A DNA stretch of 64,000 nt, from contig LSRY02000045.1 in assembly GCA_001643675.2 (NCBI GenBank), positions 496,001 through 560,000 on the forward strand, written 5' to 3'. Both the position numbers and the translations under genes were made by a program. Source of the DNA: Monocercomonoides exilis PA203 (Eukaryota; Protista; Preaxostyla). Below the pieces are notes generated by a model. That model worked only from the letters and a program-made list of their open reading frames with translations. It was not told the origin of the DNA and ran no database searches. This document shows positions 47,501-59,600 of this stretch, piece after piece (position 1 is the first letter of the stretch; the number at the start of each line of letters is the position of its first letter).

Positions 47501-48783
47501 ATTATTCATCTATTTTAATGAATGAAAAGCTTCTTACAGAACTGGGGCAGAGAAAATTTTATGAACATAATTTTTTGAGGATTGTCGCTCTCAAATGAAG
47601 TTGAAATCATTTATTACGTTAAAGTCATTGCGGGTATTTTACAATTTTCAGATATTTTGACGCATTTTTTTGTTTTCAGTGAAAAGTGACTGATTTATTC
47701 GGAAGATCGTAACGTATTGTTTATTCAAGTCTTTCCTGTTGATCCCAAAAAAATTTATGTAATTTCCAATGCTTTGAAAGATTCGATAAACAAATCATTT
47801 ACATGCGATGTATCTTTTGTGGGCGAAAATATCATTGAGGAAACAAATTCTTTTACGTTTTGGATTGAAGAGGTTTTCTTTCCACAAATAATGATTTGTG
47901 ATGTTCATTTTATTTAACATTTTTAATGTCATCATCAATTTCTATCATTATCAAGAACGCTGAAGCATGAATTTCTTATTTCCTTTGTGTTTACACTCTT
48001 TCTTCTCTCTAACAAAGTGCTTGTTTCAGAGCGGAACAAATTGGATGAGAGAATTGAGGACAGTTCTTCAAAAGTTTGAGATAGCTGAAGGACTTTCTTT
48101 GATGATGGGCAGAACAGCTTTTCTGGAAATGACTGAATTGTTCAAAGAGAGCTGGAGTGAGATGAAGGAAGGGGACGAGACATTTCAAGGAGCTGTTTTG
48201 GAGGAATAGTACGAAAGATAATTGCCAAAATGATGAATGGAAAATGATGAGTGCAGCGGATGAATAGAATTGGTGAGGGAAAGTTTGAAGAAAGGCGGAA
48301 CTGGGATTTACAGAAATATGCAAAGATAAAGAAAAAGAATAAGAATTCAAAAATGCAAATGGTTTGCATTTATTTAATCAGATTGATTGACTTTTCCCTT
48401 CAAAAAATGATACAATTATGTTGAAAAAAATAACATTTATAATTTCTATTTTAATGATATTTCAAATTTTAAATATTTTCATATTTTCATATTTTCATAT
48501 TTTTTATATCTTGCGATACTAGAATTTCAGCATGGGCGCTCTACAGCAAGGAGGGAACAAGGAACTTGGAAGCGCTGGCGTTCGAGCGGATTTGGAATTA
48601 TGGCAGAAGATGGAGACTGAGGGGCAATGAGCTGAATCAGCTTGGGAAAGAGCTTGATGGAATCATAAATTATATAAGGCATTGGCAGAGAAAAGGAGCT
48701 TTTACATATTTTTTTTTACAAGAATTCTCTTATGAGCAGCAGAAAGAGACAAGAAAAGGGTTGCAGAATAATTTGAGATTTTG

Positions 48784-50394
48784 ATGAAAATTGTATTGAG
48801 AGGGATGGGGCAGACGAGGAACGAGAGAGAATGTGGAGGAAGAGGAAGAGGAGGAAGGGGAAGAGGAGGAGAAGAAAGAGAAGAAGAAAGCGAAGGAGGA
48901 GGGAGCGTATTGGTGAGTGAATCAGATTTCTCATCTTTTTGTGTGTCTTCAGCCCCGTTTCTGGCGCCTCCCCTGACACGCCTTATGACACTCACCCAGC
49001 TAACCTTCTTCAACATCTCCACAAATCCATCGAAAACACCACATCTGGGTGAAGGGCCGAGCCAAAGAGTGTTTCTGATGAGTGGATGTGAATTTGTGTC
49101 AGTGTGGGATGTGTATGATGGGGGCATTATCCCTTCACTCAACAGCCCCTCATCATCCTTGGCTGCCTCGAACACCTCGTTTGTCAGGTGCTATCGATCA
49201 CAGAATGTTGCAGTCAGCGGGAGTGAAGGGAATCCATCGAAACCAGCGAGACAGCAGATAGCAGACAATGGGGCGAATTCATTCACTTGGTGTGTGTGGA
49301 ATGGCTCAAAAACCACTGGAACATCGCCTTACGTAGATAATGATGCTTCAAATGGTGGAGCAATTTACATGTATAACAAAGCATCAGCAACACTTTCTGT
49401 AAAACATTGCTCGTTCAATGATTGCTATGCATATGCTTATGGAGGAGGAATTATGTGTCATACAATCAATTCAATCAAGATCGAGAACAACTCATTCAAT
49501 GCTTGTACAGCAAAAAATTATTATGGAGGAGGGATGTATGCTTATTCGATTTCTTCGTGTGTCAGGATCAGTGGTTGCGAATTTCAAAAATGCAAAGCAG
49601 TTAATTATGGAGGAGGGCTTTATCTTCATACTTTTAATGTTTCTGGATCTTCCTGTATCGGAACAGAAAGTGGCAATGGAGAGAGTGCTTGTGTGTTTGA
49701 GTGCTCATTCACTTCGTGTTCTCTGACAAGTCAATATGGAGGGGGGATGTATTGTTATGGCGTTCCGGCTGCATTCAAAATGCGGAGCCTCCAATTTATT
49801 TCGTGCAGTGCATTATCATATGGCGGAGGGATGAGATTTTATCCTGATCAATCAGAAGCTCCAGATGACAAGCTTTATTGTTATTTCTTCTTCTTCCACG
49901 ATTGCAGATGCAGTAATTCCACTCCATATGGCCATGATGTGTTTTTTCAAGACAATTACAATCACTTTTCTTCGAACAACCCGTTCTACGAATCATACAC
50001 AACGAATAGCAATGATAAGAGAGTGTGCTATTATTATAATGGTTATCAACATACAGAAAAGAAGGGATGGCTGAAGGAGGGGATGAAAGATCGGTATGTT
50101 GGGGTGAGTGGGGATGACACAAACAATCTGTGTGGGATGAGTGAGTCAGCACCTTGCAAGACAGTGGGGCATGCAGTGGGGTCGAGCATGGCGCAGCTGA
50201 GCTCGACAATCACGTTGCTGGGTGGGAAGCATGCGAGTGAAGGGGCGACGATCAGTGTTGGGGAAAAGAAGATTTCAGTTGTTGGGAGAGGGAAAGCAGT
50301 GAGTGTGATTGAGACGAGTGCACTTTCGACCTCTTCAACAACGCTGTTTAGCATATCTTCTGGCCAACTGGAGGTGGGGCATGAGACAGGTTAG
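48784..50394 (+). CDS. Beta-helix family protein, copy G (~536 aa; C-terminally truncated at 'EVGHETG')
   Basis: Family scaffold; ATG at 48784. Confidence 0.7.
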   Translation: MKIVLRGMGQTRNERECGGRGRGGRGRGGEEREEESEGGGSVLVSESDFSSFCVSSAPFLAPPLTRLMTLTQLTFFNISTNPSKTPHLGEGPSQRVFLMSGCEFVSVWDVYDGGIIPSLNSPSSSLAASNTSFVRCYRSQNVAVSGSEGNPSKPARQQIADNGANSFTWCVWNGSKTTGTSPYVDNDASNGGAIYMYNKASATLSVKHCSFNDCYAYAYGGGIMCHTINSIKIENNSFNACTAKNYYGGGMYAYSISSCVRISGCEFQKCKAVNYGGGLYLHTFNVSGSSCIGTESGNGESACVFECSFTSCSLTSQYGGGMYCYGVPAAFKMRSLQFISCSALSYGGGMRFYPDQSEAPDDKLYCYFFFFHDCRCSNSTPYGHDVFFQDNYNHFSSNNPFYESYTTNSNDKRVCYYYNGYQHTEKKGWLKEGMKDRYVGVSGDDTNNLCGMSESAPCKTVGHAVGSSMAQLSSTITLLGGKHASEGATISVGEKKISVVGRGKAVSVIETSALSTSSTTLFSISSGQLEVGHETG

Positions 50395-52808
50395 AGATGG
50401 GATGGCAAGCAAAAGAAGAAGAATGATGAGAATGACGAAGAAATGTAGTTGAAGTATTTTTGCAGAAATAAAGGATTCAGATGAGAAAAAGGAGATGAAT
50501 ATAAAAAGTGTGGAATTGCAAATAGCTTTTATTGAGTATTTTGCTGAGAAGAGAATAAAGAGCAAATCAGCCAACTTTTCCTCCGCTACAGAAATAAACA
50601 GTTCGATTTGTCAACGTAGCTTTGCCGGGAAAAAAAAAATAAATAAATAAATAAATATTTCCTCGACTTAAAAAAGAAAAAAAATTTTGTATCACTTATT
50701 TTGCAATTCACGAGACATATGGGAAAAAGCAGTTTGACTTCTGGAGAGAAACGAATATTTTTGTTTATTTTTTTCTCAAAGAAAAAGAAAAGAGAGTGCT
50801 AACCTGTCGAAGTGTTGTTCATGTGCATCAATGATGTTCGGGATAAAAAATTATTTCTTTTTTTTAATTGGCTTGTTTGCTTGTCTTCAGCAATTTCATA
50901 AATGTGGAAATGTTTATTGTGCAAAAATTATTAGTTGAACAAATATATTGGAACAACAAACTTATTTAGAAAAAAAAAAAATAACCATTTGACATTGTTA
51001 TTTTCACTTTTTCGTCTTATCACTCAGTGTTTCTTGAATACTTTCAAATCGAAATTTTTTGACAGAAAACAAATGATTTCAAAAAAAAAAAAAATTAACT
51101 GTCGATTGGAAAAGAGGAATTTCTTTTCATTTTATAGCTGTTCTTTTCTTTTCTTTTCAAGATATATTTCTCACACAATCATGTTGTGCTTTGTTCAAGA
51201 TGAGATTATTTATTCAGCATAGTTTTATTCTTTATTTTTCCAACATATTCGTGTTGTTGGATGAAGAAGCCATGGGGATATGATTGTGACTGATTTTTGA
51301 ATACAACCAGGTTTATCATTTTATTCTGACCTTTATTTACATGGGTAATTATTTATGAAAAATCACAAAATACTTGTCATTTTTTCTTTTTGAGATGTTT
51401 TTTGTTCATTTCATTTCCTTTTGTCACATGCTTCACAAATGAGTTTGTCACAATTTATTTTGAATCAACAACAACGAAACCTGCTTATCAATGATTTGGG
51501 TGATTATTTTTGAAATCACATTTTCTTTCGAACGTTTATCATAAAATATTCATCAATGGTGGATTTAGTATGAAATTAAATTCAACAAATTTCAAAAACA
51601 ATTTTGATAAAGTGCTTTGAGAATAACAAAATCTTTGTTTCCAACTGAAATATCTTAATAAATAACATCATCAAAAAAGTTATGACTTCAAAAATGATCA
51701 CCCAAATCATTGACAAGCAAGTTTCGTTGTTGTTGATTCAAAATAAATTGTGACAAACTCATTTATGAAGCATGAGTAACATAAGGAAATGAAATGAATG
51801 AAAAACATCTCAAAAAGAAAAAATGACAAGTATTTTGTGATTTTTCATAAATAATTACCCATGTAAATAAAGGTCAGAATAAAATGATAAACCTGGTTGT
51901 ATTCAAAAATCAGTCACAATCATATCCCCATGGCTTCTTCATCCAACAACACGAATATGTTGGAAAAATAAAGAATAAAACTATGCTGAATAAATAATCT
52001 CATCTTGAACAAAGCACAACATGATTGTGTGAGAAATATATCTTGAAAAGAAAAGAAAAGAACAGCTATAAAATGAAAAGAAATTCCTCTTTTCCAATCG
52101 ACAGTTAATTTTTTTTTTTTTTGAAATCATTTGTTTTCTGTCAAAAAATTTCGATTTGAAAGTATTCAAGAAACACTGAGTGATAAGACGAAAAAGTGAA
52201 AATAACAATGTCAAATGGTTATTTTTTTTTTTTCTAAATAAGTTTGTTGTTCCAATATATTTGTTCAACTAATAATTTTTGCACAATAAACATTTCCACA
52301 TTTATGAAATTGCTGAAGACAAGCAAACAAGCCAATTAAAAAAAAGAAATAATTTTTTATCCCGAACATCATTGATGCACATGAACAACACTTCGACAGG
52401 TTAGCACTCTCTTTTCTTTTTCTTTGAGAAAAAAATAAACAAAAATATTCGTTTCTCTCCAGAAGTCAAACTGCTTTTTCCCATATGTCTCGTGAATTGC
52501 AAAATAAGTGATACAAAATTTTTTTTCTTTTTTAAGTCGAGGAAATATTTATTTATTTATTTATTTTTTTTTTCCCGGCAAAGCTACGTTGACAAATCGA
52601 ACTGTTTATTTCTGTAGCGGAGGAAAAGTTGGCTGATTTGCTCTTTATTCTCTTCTCAGCAAAATACTCAATAAAAGCTATTTGCAATTCCACACTTTTT
52701 ATATTCATCTCCTTTTTCTCATCTGAATCCTTTATTTCTGCAAAAATACTTCAACTACATTTCTTCGTCATTCTCATCATTCTTCTTCTTTTGCTTGCCA
52801 TCCCATCT

Positions 52809-54467
52809 CTAACCTGTCTCATGCCCCACCTCCAGTTGGCCAGAAGATATGCTAAACAGCGTTGTTGAAGAGGTCGAAAGTGCACTCGTCCCAATCACAC
52901 TCACTGCTTTCCCTCTCCCAACAACTGAAATCTTCTTTTCCCCAACACTGATCGTCGCCCCTTCACTCGCATGCTTCCCACCCAGCAACGTGATTGTCGA
53001 GCTCAGCTGCGCCATGCTCGACCCCACTGCATGCCCCACTGTCTTGCAAGGTGCTGACTCACTCATCCCACACAGATTGTTTGTGTCATCCCCACTCACC
53101 CCAACATACCGATCTTTCATCCCCTCCTTCAGCCATCCCTTCTTTTCTGTATGTTGATAACCATTATAATAATAGCACACTCTCTTATCATTGCTATTCG
53201 TTGTGTATGATTCGTAGAACGGGTTGTTCGAAGAAAAGTGATTGTAATTGTCTTGAAAAAACACATCATGGCCATATGGAGTGGAATTACTGCATCTGCA
53301 ATCGTGGAAGAAGAAGAAATAACAATAAAGCTTGTCATCTGGAGCTTCTGATTGATCAGGATAAAATCTCATCCCTCCGCCATATGATAATGCACTGCAC
53401 GAAATAAATTGGAGGCTCCGCATTTTGAATGCAGCCGGAACGCCATAACAATACATCCCCCCTCCATATTGACTTGTCAGAGAACACGAAGTGAATGAGC
53501 ACTCAAACACACAAGCACTCTCTCCATTGCCACTTTCTGTTCCGATACAGGAAGATCCAGAAACATTAAAAGTATGAAGATAAAGCCCTCCTCCATAATT
53601 AACTGCTTTGCATTTTTGAAATTCGCAACCACTGATCCTGACACACGAAGAAATCGAATAAGCATACATCCCTCCTCCATAATAATTTTTTGCTGTACAA
53701 GCATTGAATGAGTTGTTCTCGATCTTGACTGAATTAACAGAAACACACAAAATTCCTCCACCACACCAATGCGCATAGCAGTCATTGAACGAACAAAACT
53801 TCACTGAAAGTGTTCCTGATGTCTTGCTATACATGTAAATTGCTCCACCATTTGAAGCTCCATCTGAGACAGAATTTTGATTTCCAGTTGTATTTGACCC
53901 ATTCCACACACACCAGGTGAACGAATTTGCCCCATTGTCTGTTATCTGCTGTCTCGCTGGTTTCGATGGATTCCCCTCACTCCCGCTGACTGCAACATTC
54001 TGTGATCGATAGCACCTGACAAACGAGGTGTTCGAGGCAGCCAAGGATGATGAGGGGCTGTTCAGCGAGGGGACAATGCCCCCATCATACACATCCCACA
54101 CTGACACAAATTCACATCCACTCATCAGAAATGATGTTTGGCCCAGCCCTTCACCCAGATGTGGTGTTTTCGATGGATTTGTGGAGATGTTGAAGAAGGT
54201 TAGCTGGGTGAGTGTCATAAGGCGTGTCAGGGGAGGCGCCAGAAACGGGGCTGAAGACACACAAAAAGATGAGAAATCGGACTCACTCACCAATACACTC
54301 CCTTCTTCTTCACTTTCTTCTTCTTTTCCTTTTCCTCTTCCTTCTCCACCTCTTCTTCCTCCACCTCCTCGTTGTCCTCCTCTCTCTCCTCCTTCACCCC
54401 TTCCTCTTCCTCCTCCACATTCTCTCTCGTTCCTCGTCTGCCCCATCCCTCTCAATACAATTTTCAT
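52809..54467 (-). CDS. Beta-helix family protein, copy H (~552 aa; mirror of G with a mosaic 5' half)
   Basis: 3' two-thirds essentially identical to copy G; 5' third differs in patches. Confidence 0.7.
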   Translation of the reverse strand: MKIVLRGMGQTRNERECGGGRGRGEGGERGGQRGGGGRRGGEGRGKGKEEESEEEGSVLVSESDFSSFCVSSAPFLAPPLTRLMTLTQLTFFNISTNPSKTPHLGEGLGQTSFLMSGCEFVSVWDVYDGGIVPSLNSPSSSLAASNTSFVRCYRSQNVAVSGSEGNPSKPARQQITDNGANSFTWCVWNGSNTTGNQNSVSDGASNGGAIYMYSKTSGTLSVKFCSFNDCYAHWCGGGILCVSVNSVKIENNSFNACTAKNYYGGGMYAYSISSCVRISGCEFQKCKAVNYGGGLYLHTFNVSGSSCIGTESGNGESACVFECSFTSCSLTSQYGGGMYCYGVPAAFKMRSLQFISCSALSYGGGMRFYPDQSEAPDDKLYCYFFFFHDCRCSNSTPYGHDVFFQDNYNHFSSNNPFYESYTTNSNDKRVCYYYNGYQHTEKKGWLKEGMKDRYVGVSGDDTNNLCGMSESAPCKTVGHAVGSSMAQLSSTITLLGGKHASEGATISVGEKKISVVGRGKAVSVIGTSALSTSSTTLFSISSGQLEVGHETG

Positions 54468-54766
54468 CAAAATCTCAAATTATTCTGCAACCCTTTTCTT
54501 GTCTCTTTCTGCTGCTCATAAAAGAATTCTTGTAAAAAAAAATGTAAAAGCTCCTTTTCTCTGCCAATGCCTTATATAATTTATGAATCTATCAAGCTCT
54601 TTCCCAGCTGATTCAGCTCATTGCCCTTCAGTCTCCATCTTCTGCCATAATTCCAAATTCGCTCGAACGCCAGCGCTTCCAAGTTTCTTGTTCCCTCCTT
54701 GCTGTAGAGCGCCCATGCCAAAATTCCAATGTTGCAAGATATAAAAAATAAAATAAAATAAAATAA

Positions 54767-54918
54767 ATATGAAAATATGAAAATATGAAAATATGAAAAT
54801 ATGAAAATATGAAAATATGAAAATATGAAAATATGAAAATATGAAAATATGAAAATATGAAAATATGAAAATATGAAAATATGAAAATATGAAAATATGA
54901 AAATATGAAAATATGAAA
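54767..54918 (+). repeat. Tandem 8-mer (ATATGAAA) x19 in a putative intron; only ~3 units in the mirror arm (~48477-48500)
   Basis: Direct count. Confidence 0.92.
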
Positions 54919-55449
54919 ATATCATTAAAATAGAAATGAATAATGTTATTTTTTTCAACATAATTTTTTAATTTTTAGAAGGGAAAAATCAATCAATCTG
55001 ATAAAATAAATGCAAACCATTTGTATTTTTGCATCCTTATTCTTCAGTCTCCTTTTTCTTCTCTCCCTCCGAAGAATCCCTTCTCCATATTCTTCTTTTC
55101 CTTTCTCTCTTGAGTCTCTTGCTTTTCCCAGCATTCTCCTTCTATCGCACTCAGCCAGCCAACAACGCTCACTCCCTTCGCTCACACTTCATCCAGCTCT
55201 TTCCCACCCCTCCAAACTCCACCCACCAACCACCACAATAAAATACTCCACCAAAATACCATCCACACCAAAACCAGCCAAAACCAGCCAATCCACAAAA
55301 AATCATCCTCAATGCCTCATCCTCATCTGACAGCAGCACATTCCTTGCCTCATTGCACTCTTCCTCCTTTTCCTTGCTTTCTTTTTCTCTCCCCTCGCTA
55401 AAATGCAAGCAATCACACCAACCACACAAACAACACCAAATGCTTCATC

Positions 55450-56076
55450 TCATTAATTATTGCAGCTTTTGACAGCATCTGAGGATCGCACTGTTCCAGA
55501 ACAAGAAACAGCACAACAGCAGCAGCAGAAGAAGAAGAAAAAGAAGAGGAAGGCGAGTGAATATGTTGAGTTGAATAATACAAGCATCAAAGGAGAAAAG
55601 AACGGCAGCCACAGAAACTGCTTCTGTTCATCAGAGGAATCACGAGCCACAAATCATTGTGCTTTTTGCTGGCATACACACCACTCAACACTTCTCTGCC
55701 ACTCCGCTGCACAAAATAGAAGCACAAAAAGAAATGGGTTGTCTGACAAAAAATGTCACAGCAGCAGTAGAAGAAGAAGCAGAAGATGAAGAAGATGAAG
55801 ACGATGAAGACGATGAAGAAGAAGAAAATGAAGAAGAAGAAGAAGATTGTGCTTCTCATGCAATGCTGCAAATGGCATTCCTCTTGTCTCCTCTGCCCCG
55901 TCTGCTTGCGCCTTCTCCAGTTTCTTTCTTCATCCGCTCTCCTTTCTCTCCCAACTCCCATTCCCCATTCTCCTTCAACAAACAAATAAAAGTCTGCTCT
56001 CTCCTCAAAATGCTCTCTCACAGCTAATCCAGAACAGAATGCAAACAAAAAATATACAAATATACAAATATACAAA

Positions 56077-56120
<44 letters not shown>

Positions 56121-57520
56121 ACCAATATTTTCTGACAGATTTCTGTGCCTCTCAAGAAAACTGACAGCTCCTCAATCAGCATCGTTCTCCACTTCATCTT
56201 TGCTTTCTCATGTTTGTTGTCAGTTTCGAAAATAGAATAAAAAACAACAAAAAATATATTGCGAACGATTTTTGCCTGGCTGGATCTTCCTCCTCTGATG
56301 TGCTGCAGCGTGGCCGAAAAGGCTGGCAAAGCAAAGTTCTGCCAAAAATATCATTCATTCGAGCAAGTCGGGGAGCGATCCAAACACTCTGCCCATTGCC
56401 TGGCTGCATCTTCCCTTCCATCACAGCACAGCAATATGTAGCAATGACGATGACAACAAAGGCGCTGATGAAATCAATCAAAGCATAAAAGCGGTTCAGG
56501 TGAATCAGCAGAACAATTCCATTCGAAGGCAGAAGTAGCATCAGCAAATGACCACATTCGCCAAGACGCACAAAATGATATCTCCAGTGCCCAAGACGCA
56601 GTTCACGGATGCATCTCAGCCGATGCAAAATCTATCCCTGTGGCTTGTGAATGATTCAACAAACAATTCAACGAATGAATGAATGAAGGAATGAATGAAT
56701 GAAGGAATGAATGAAGGAAGGAAGGAAGGAATGAAGGAAGGAAGGAATGAAGGAAGGCATATCAGGTGAATAAGGAGGAGACGGCAAAAGTAGGGCTGAC
56801 TGACGAAATTGTGGCTGCGCAATTCATTTTACAAAATCTCTCTGAAACACTCGCTCGCAAATGAGCATCCAACTGCCATTCCATCGCAAGAGCGCCTGAG
56901 GTTTGCTCCAGCAGCATCCATTCCCATGCACAGGACACAGGGCACAGGGCACACGGCACAGGGCTATCATAATTTTTTGATGAAAGAAGAAGACAAAGAT
57001 GTTGAAAAAGGTGACGATGAAGATGATTAGATTGAAATGCCAATGAAGTGATGCAAAGTGGTTAAACTTGTCCAACTGGTCCAACTGGTTCAAGTGGCTG
57101 ATCTTCTGAGGACAAGCCGAGCACCAAAATGGCCGAAGAAGAATCAAGCAAAGTTGTTCTGTCAATAGCAAGCGCACCCAGAGAAGCAAAGACCTGGCGC
57201 TCCAACAGAAGCCTCTCCAACAAAAACGGCATCCTTGTGAAAAGTCTGACTGGAGCAGCACGAGTCGAGCAAAAACAAACAGAAACCGATTTCCAAGACC
57301 CCAAATGCTCGATTCGATTCACAGCCAAAAATGCCACAGCCAAATTCCTTCCAAATGGCTTCACAATGCTCTTCGCACTCATATCCTCAAAATACCTGCT
57401 CCTCTCTCAGCCTTCTGTCTGCCATCCCCTTTGTTTTCCTCTTTCCAGCCCAATTCCCCAATTCCAAATATCCCTCAGAAAATGCCTCCTTTCATCATTT
57501 TCCGATTCTTGATGCGACCT
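55450..57520 (-). other. Possible decayed or spliced gene with microsatellite-filled introns (unassigned)
   Basis: GC-richer protein-like blocks separated by (AAAT)n at 56075-56119, (GAAT/GAAG)n at 56670-56758 and CACAGG repeats; no continuous frame or domain recognised. Confidence 0.2.
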
Positions 57521-57959
57521 GGAATTTCTATTTCATCAAAATCAATTCTTCATTGTTCTCTGTTTTCGATAAAATTTTACCATATAATATCTTCTCAAAT
57601 AATTGCAAGGTCTCTTGAACCTGTTCGTTTTCTTATCGAATGAATTTGTCATTTGTCAATTTCGAACAATATCATCACGCCTTTTCAATTATGAAAATAA
57701 AAATAAAAATAAAATTCTTTGATAAGCACAAACAAAAAATAAAGCACAAACTGCCCCTCTTTTCGGTGGTGCTGCGGAAGCTCGTGCTCCAACACGCCTT
57801 CCAGCAGTCAGAATATTCAGCGTTCACTTCCCTCAGAAAAACACAGTTGCAGTCCTATCTGCCTCATCGCTGCATAAAACTCGCCCATTCCAGCTGCCAT
57901 ATTTTGAGTGCATGGAACTTCCGCTCTGCGGGTGGTTGTGCCACTTTTGTTGAATTTGG

Positions 57960-59600
57960 CTTGGCTTGATCGTCTCCATAACAGATTTGGGGCGGATTCA
58001 GAAAAGGGGCACAACACGATGCGCTGTGGCTGAATGGGCACATGAAGACAACGTGATTACAAAAGAATGGATTTATTGTGCTTGAGGAAGGATTTGAGTG
58101 TTTGTGGAGAAACAACGTTTTGGAGGGGAAAGGAACGATAAAAGGAAGATTTTTTTTTGAGGAGAGAGAAAGAGGTGTTTTTATGAGATTTAAGAGGCAA
58201 AATGGATGTGTGGGAGATGGATTGGGATGAGGTTGGGAGGGGTTATTTTTGAGATTTTTGTCATTGGGAAGGAGCGGGGGTTGTGTTAATTATTGGAGAA
58301 AAGGATTTTGATGTAGAGGAGGTGGGGCGAGGCGAAGGGGGAGCAGAGGGGAAGAAGATGGATGTGGCGAATGGAATATTATTATTGGAGTGGAAGATAT
58401 GTGGGAGAAAGAAGGAGGGCTGGGGAAGAGATGGAAAAGGGATGTATGTTTTTTTCCAAATGCACCGAGAGAAGGGGGGTTCATATGAGGTGGAGCAAGT
58501 GGGAGAGTTTTTGTGGATGCGTGTGTTATTTGAGAGGGAAGTGGGGTTGGAGAAGAAGAAAAATGAAAGAAAATATTTCATATTCTTATATAATTTATTT
58601 TGTGAACCGTTTGGACGCGCCAGGCATTTGCGGAACAAGGGATGGAGGCGGAGGCGGAGGAAGACGGGAAGAAGGAACGTCAGGCGCAGCACTTTGCATT
58701 GGGGGTGTGGAGACAGAGGAAGATGAGGGGCTGACCACGAAAGGGTGTTTTGCACCAAAGAGAGGCAAAATATTGGAGGCATTTATATTTTTGATTGGGA
58801 AAAGGATGATGAGGAATGAAATGGAAGAGATGGAGGATATGTGGCGGAGGGGTGTTGATGTTGCTTTGAGGGGAAATGGAGAGAAGAAAAAGGTGATGCA
58901 GAAGAAAGGGATGGAAAGGGGCTCTTCAGATGGAATCTTCTTCATTGCTAGTTTTTTTATAGAATGGAGCTGGTTGAGCTATTTGAGTGGAAGCAGTACC
59001 GAGGATTGGAAATGAACGATTTTTGGGAGCAGAAGGGAATCAAAGATGAGGCAGATGGATTTTGTTGGCAAAACGGAGAAATAATTGAAGAAAAAGAAGA
59101 AAGTTTGAGAAGAATGATCATCATAAAAGATATAGGTTTGCTTTTTTTATTACGATTTTTCATGTATTATTTTTTTATGAAATTAGATTGTTTTGCAGGT
59201 ATATTTACTGCGAATATATGCCTATAGAATATTGAAAGAGAGGATACAAAATGCATTAAAGAAGTCAGAAAACAACAATTGGAAGGATGCATGGAGGAGT
59301 GAGCAGGCACAAAATATAAATTAAATAAAAAGAAGATATTTTTCTTTCTTTTTTTGAAGGTTTTGGAAGACATATACGACGAATCTTGTTAAAAGCCGAA
59401 AATGAGATCAAGGAATTGATGATGCAGCAGAAGAAGAAGTTTGGCAAATGTTTGAGAAGAATAAGACATTTTTTTTTGGAAGTTCGATTGAAAGAGAAAA
59501 CTTTATGAAAATCTGATGGAAGCGAAGAAAGAAGGGAACTGGAAAATCAGAGATATGATTTTTTAGAGATATTTGAAGAAAAGTTGGAAAAAGGAAGAAG
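57960..59600 (+). repeat. Shared 5'-flank cassette (copy I version)
   Basis: Homologous to 21010-22660, e.g. 'caggcgcagcactttgcattgggg', 'gaaagggatggaaaggggctcttc'. Confidence 0.85.

Larger units (their letters stand above)
48330..55045. repeat. Palindrome P3 (~6.7 kb) with convergent copies G and H; spacer ~51521-51680
   Basis: Mirror ORFs sum to 103203 (50394/52809, 50935/52268). Diverged outer homology includes the intron-like 5' flank. Confidence 0.95.

Noticed and set aside
54767-54918. CRISPR array or telomeric repeat
   Set aside because: Simple tandem 8-mer with no spacers, in a eukaryotic intron-like context; not G-rich.
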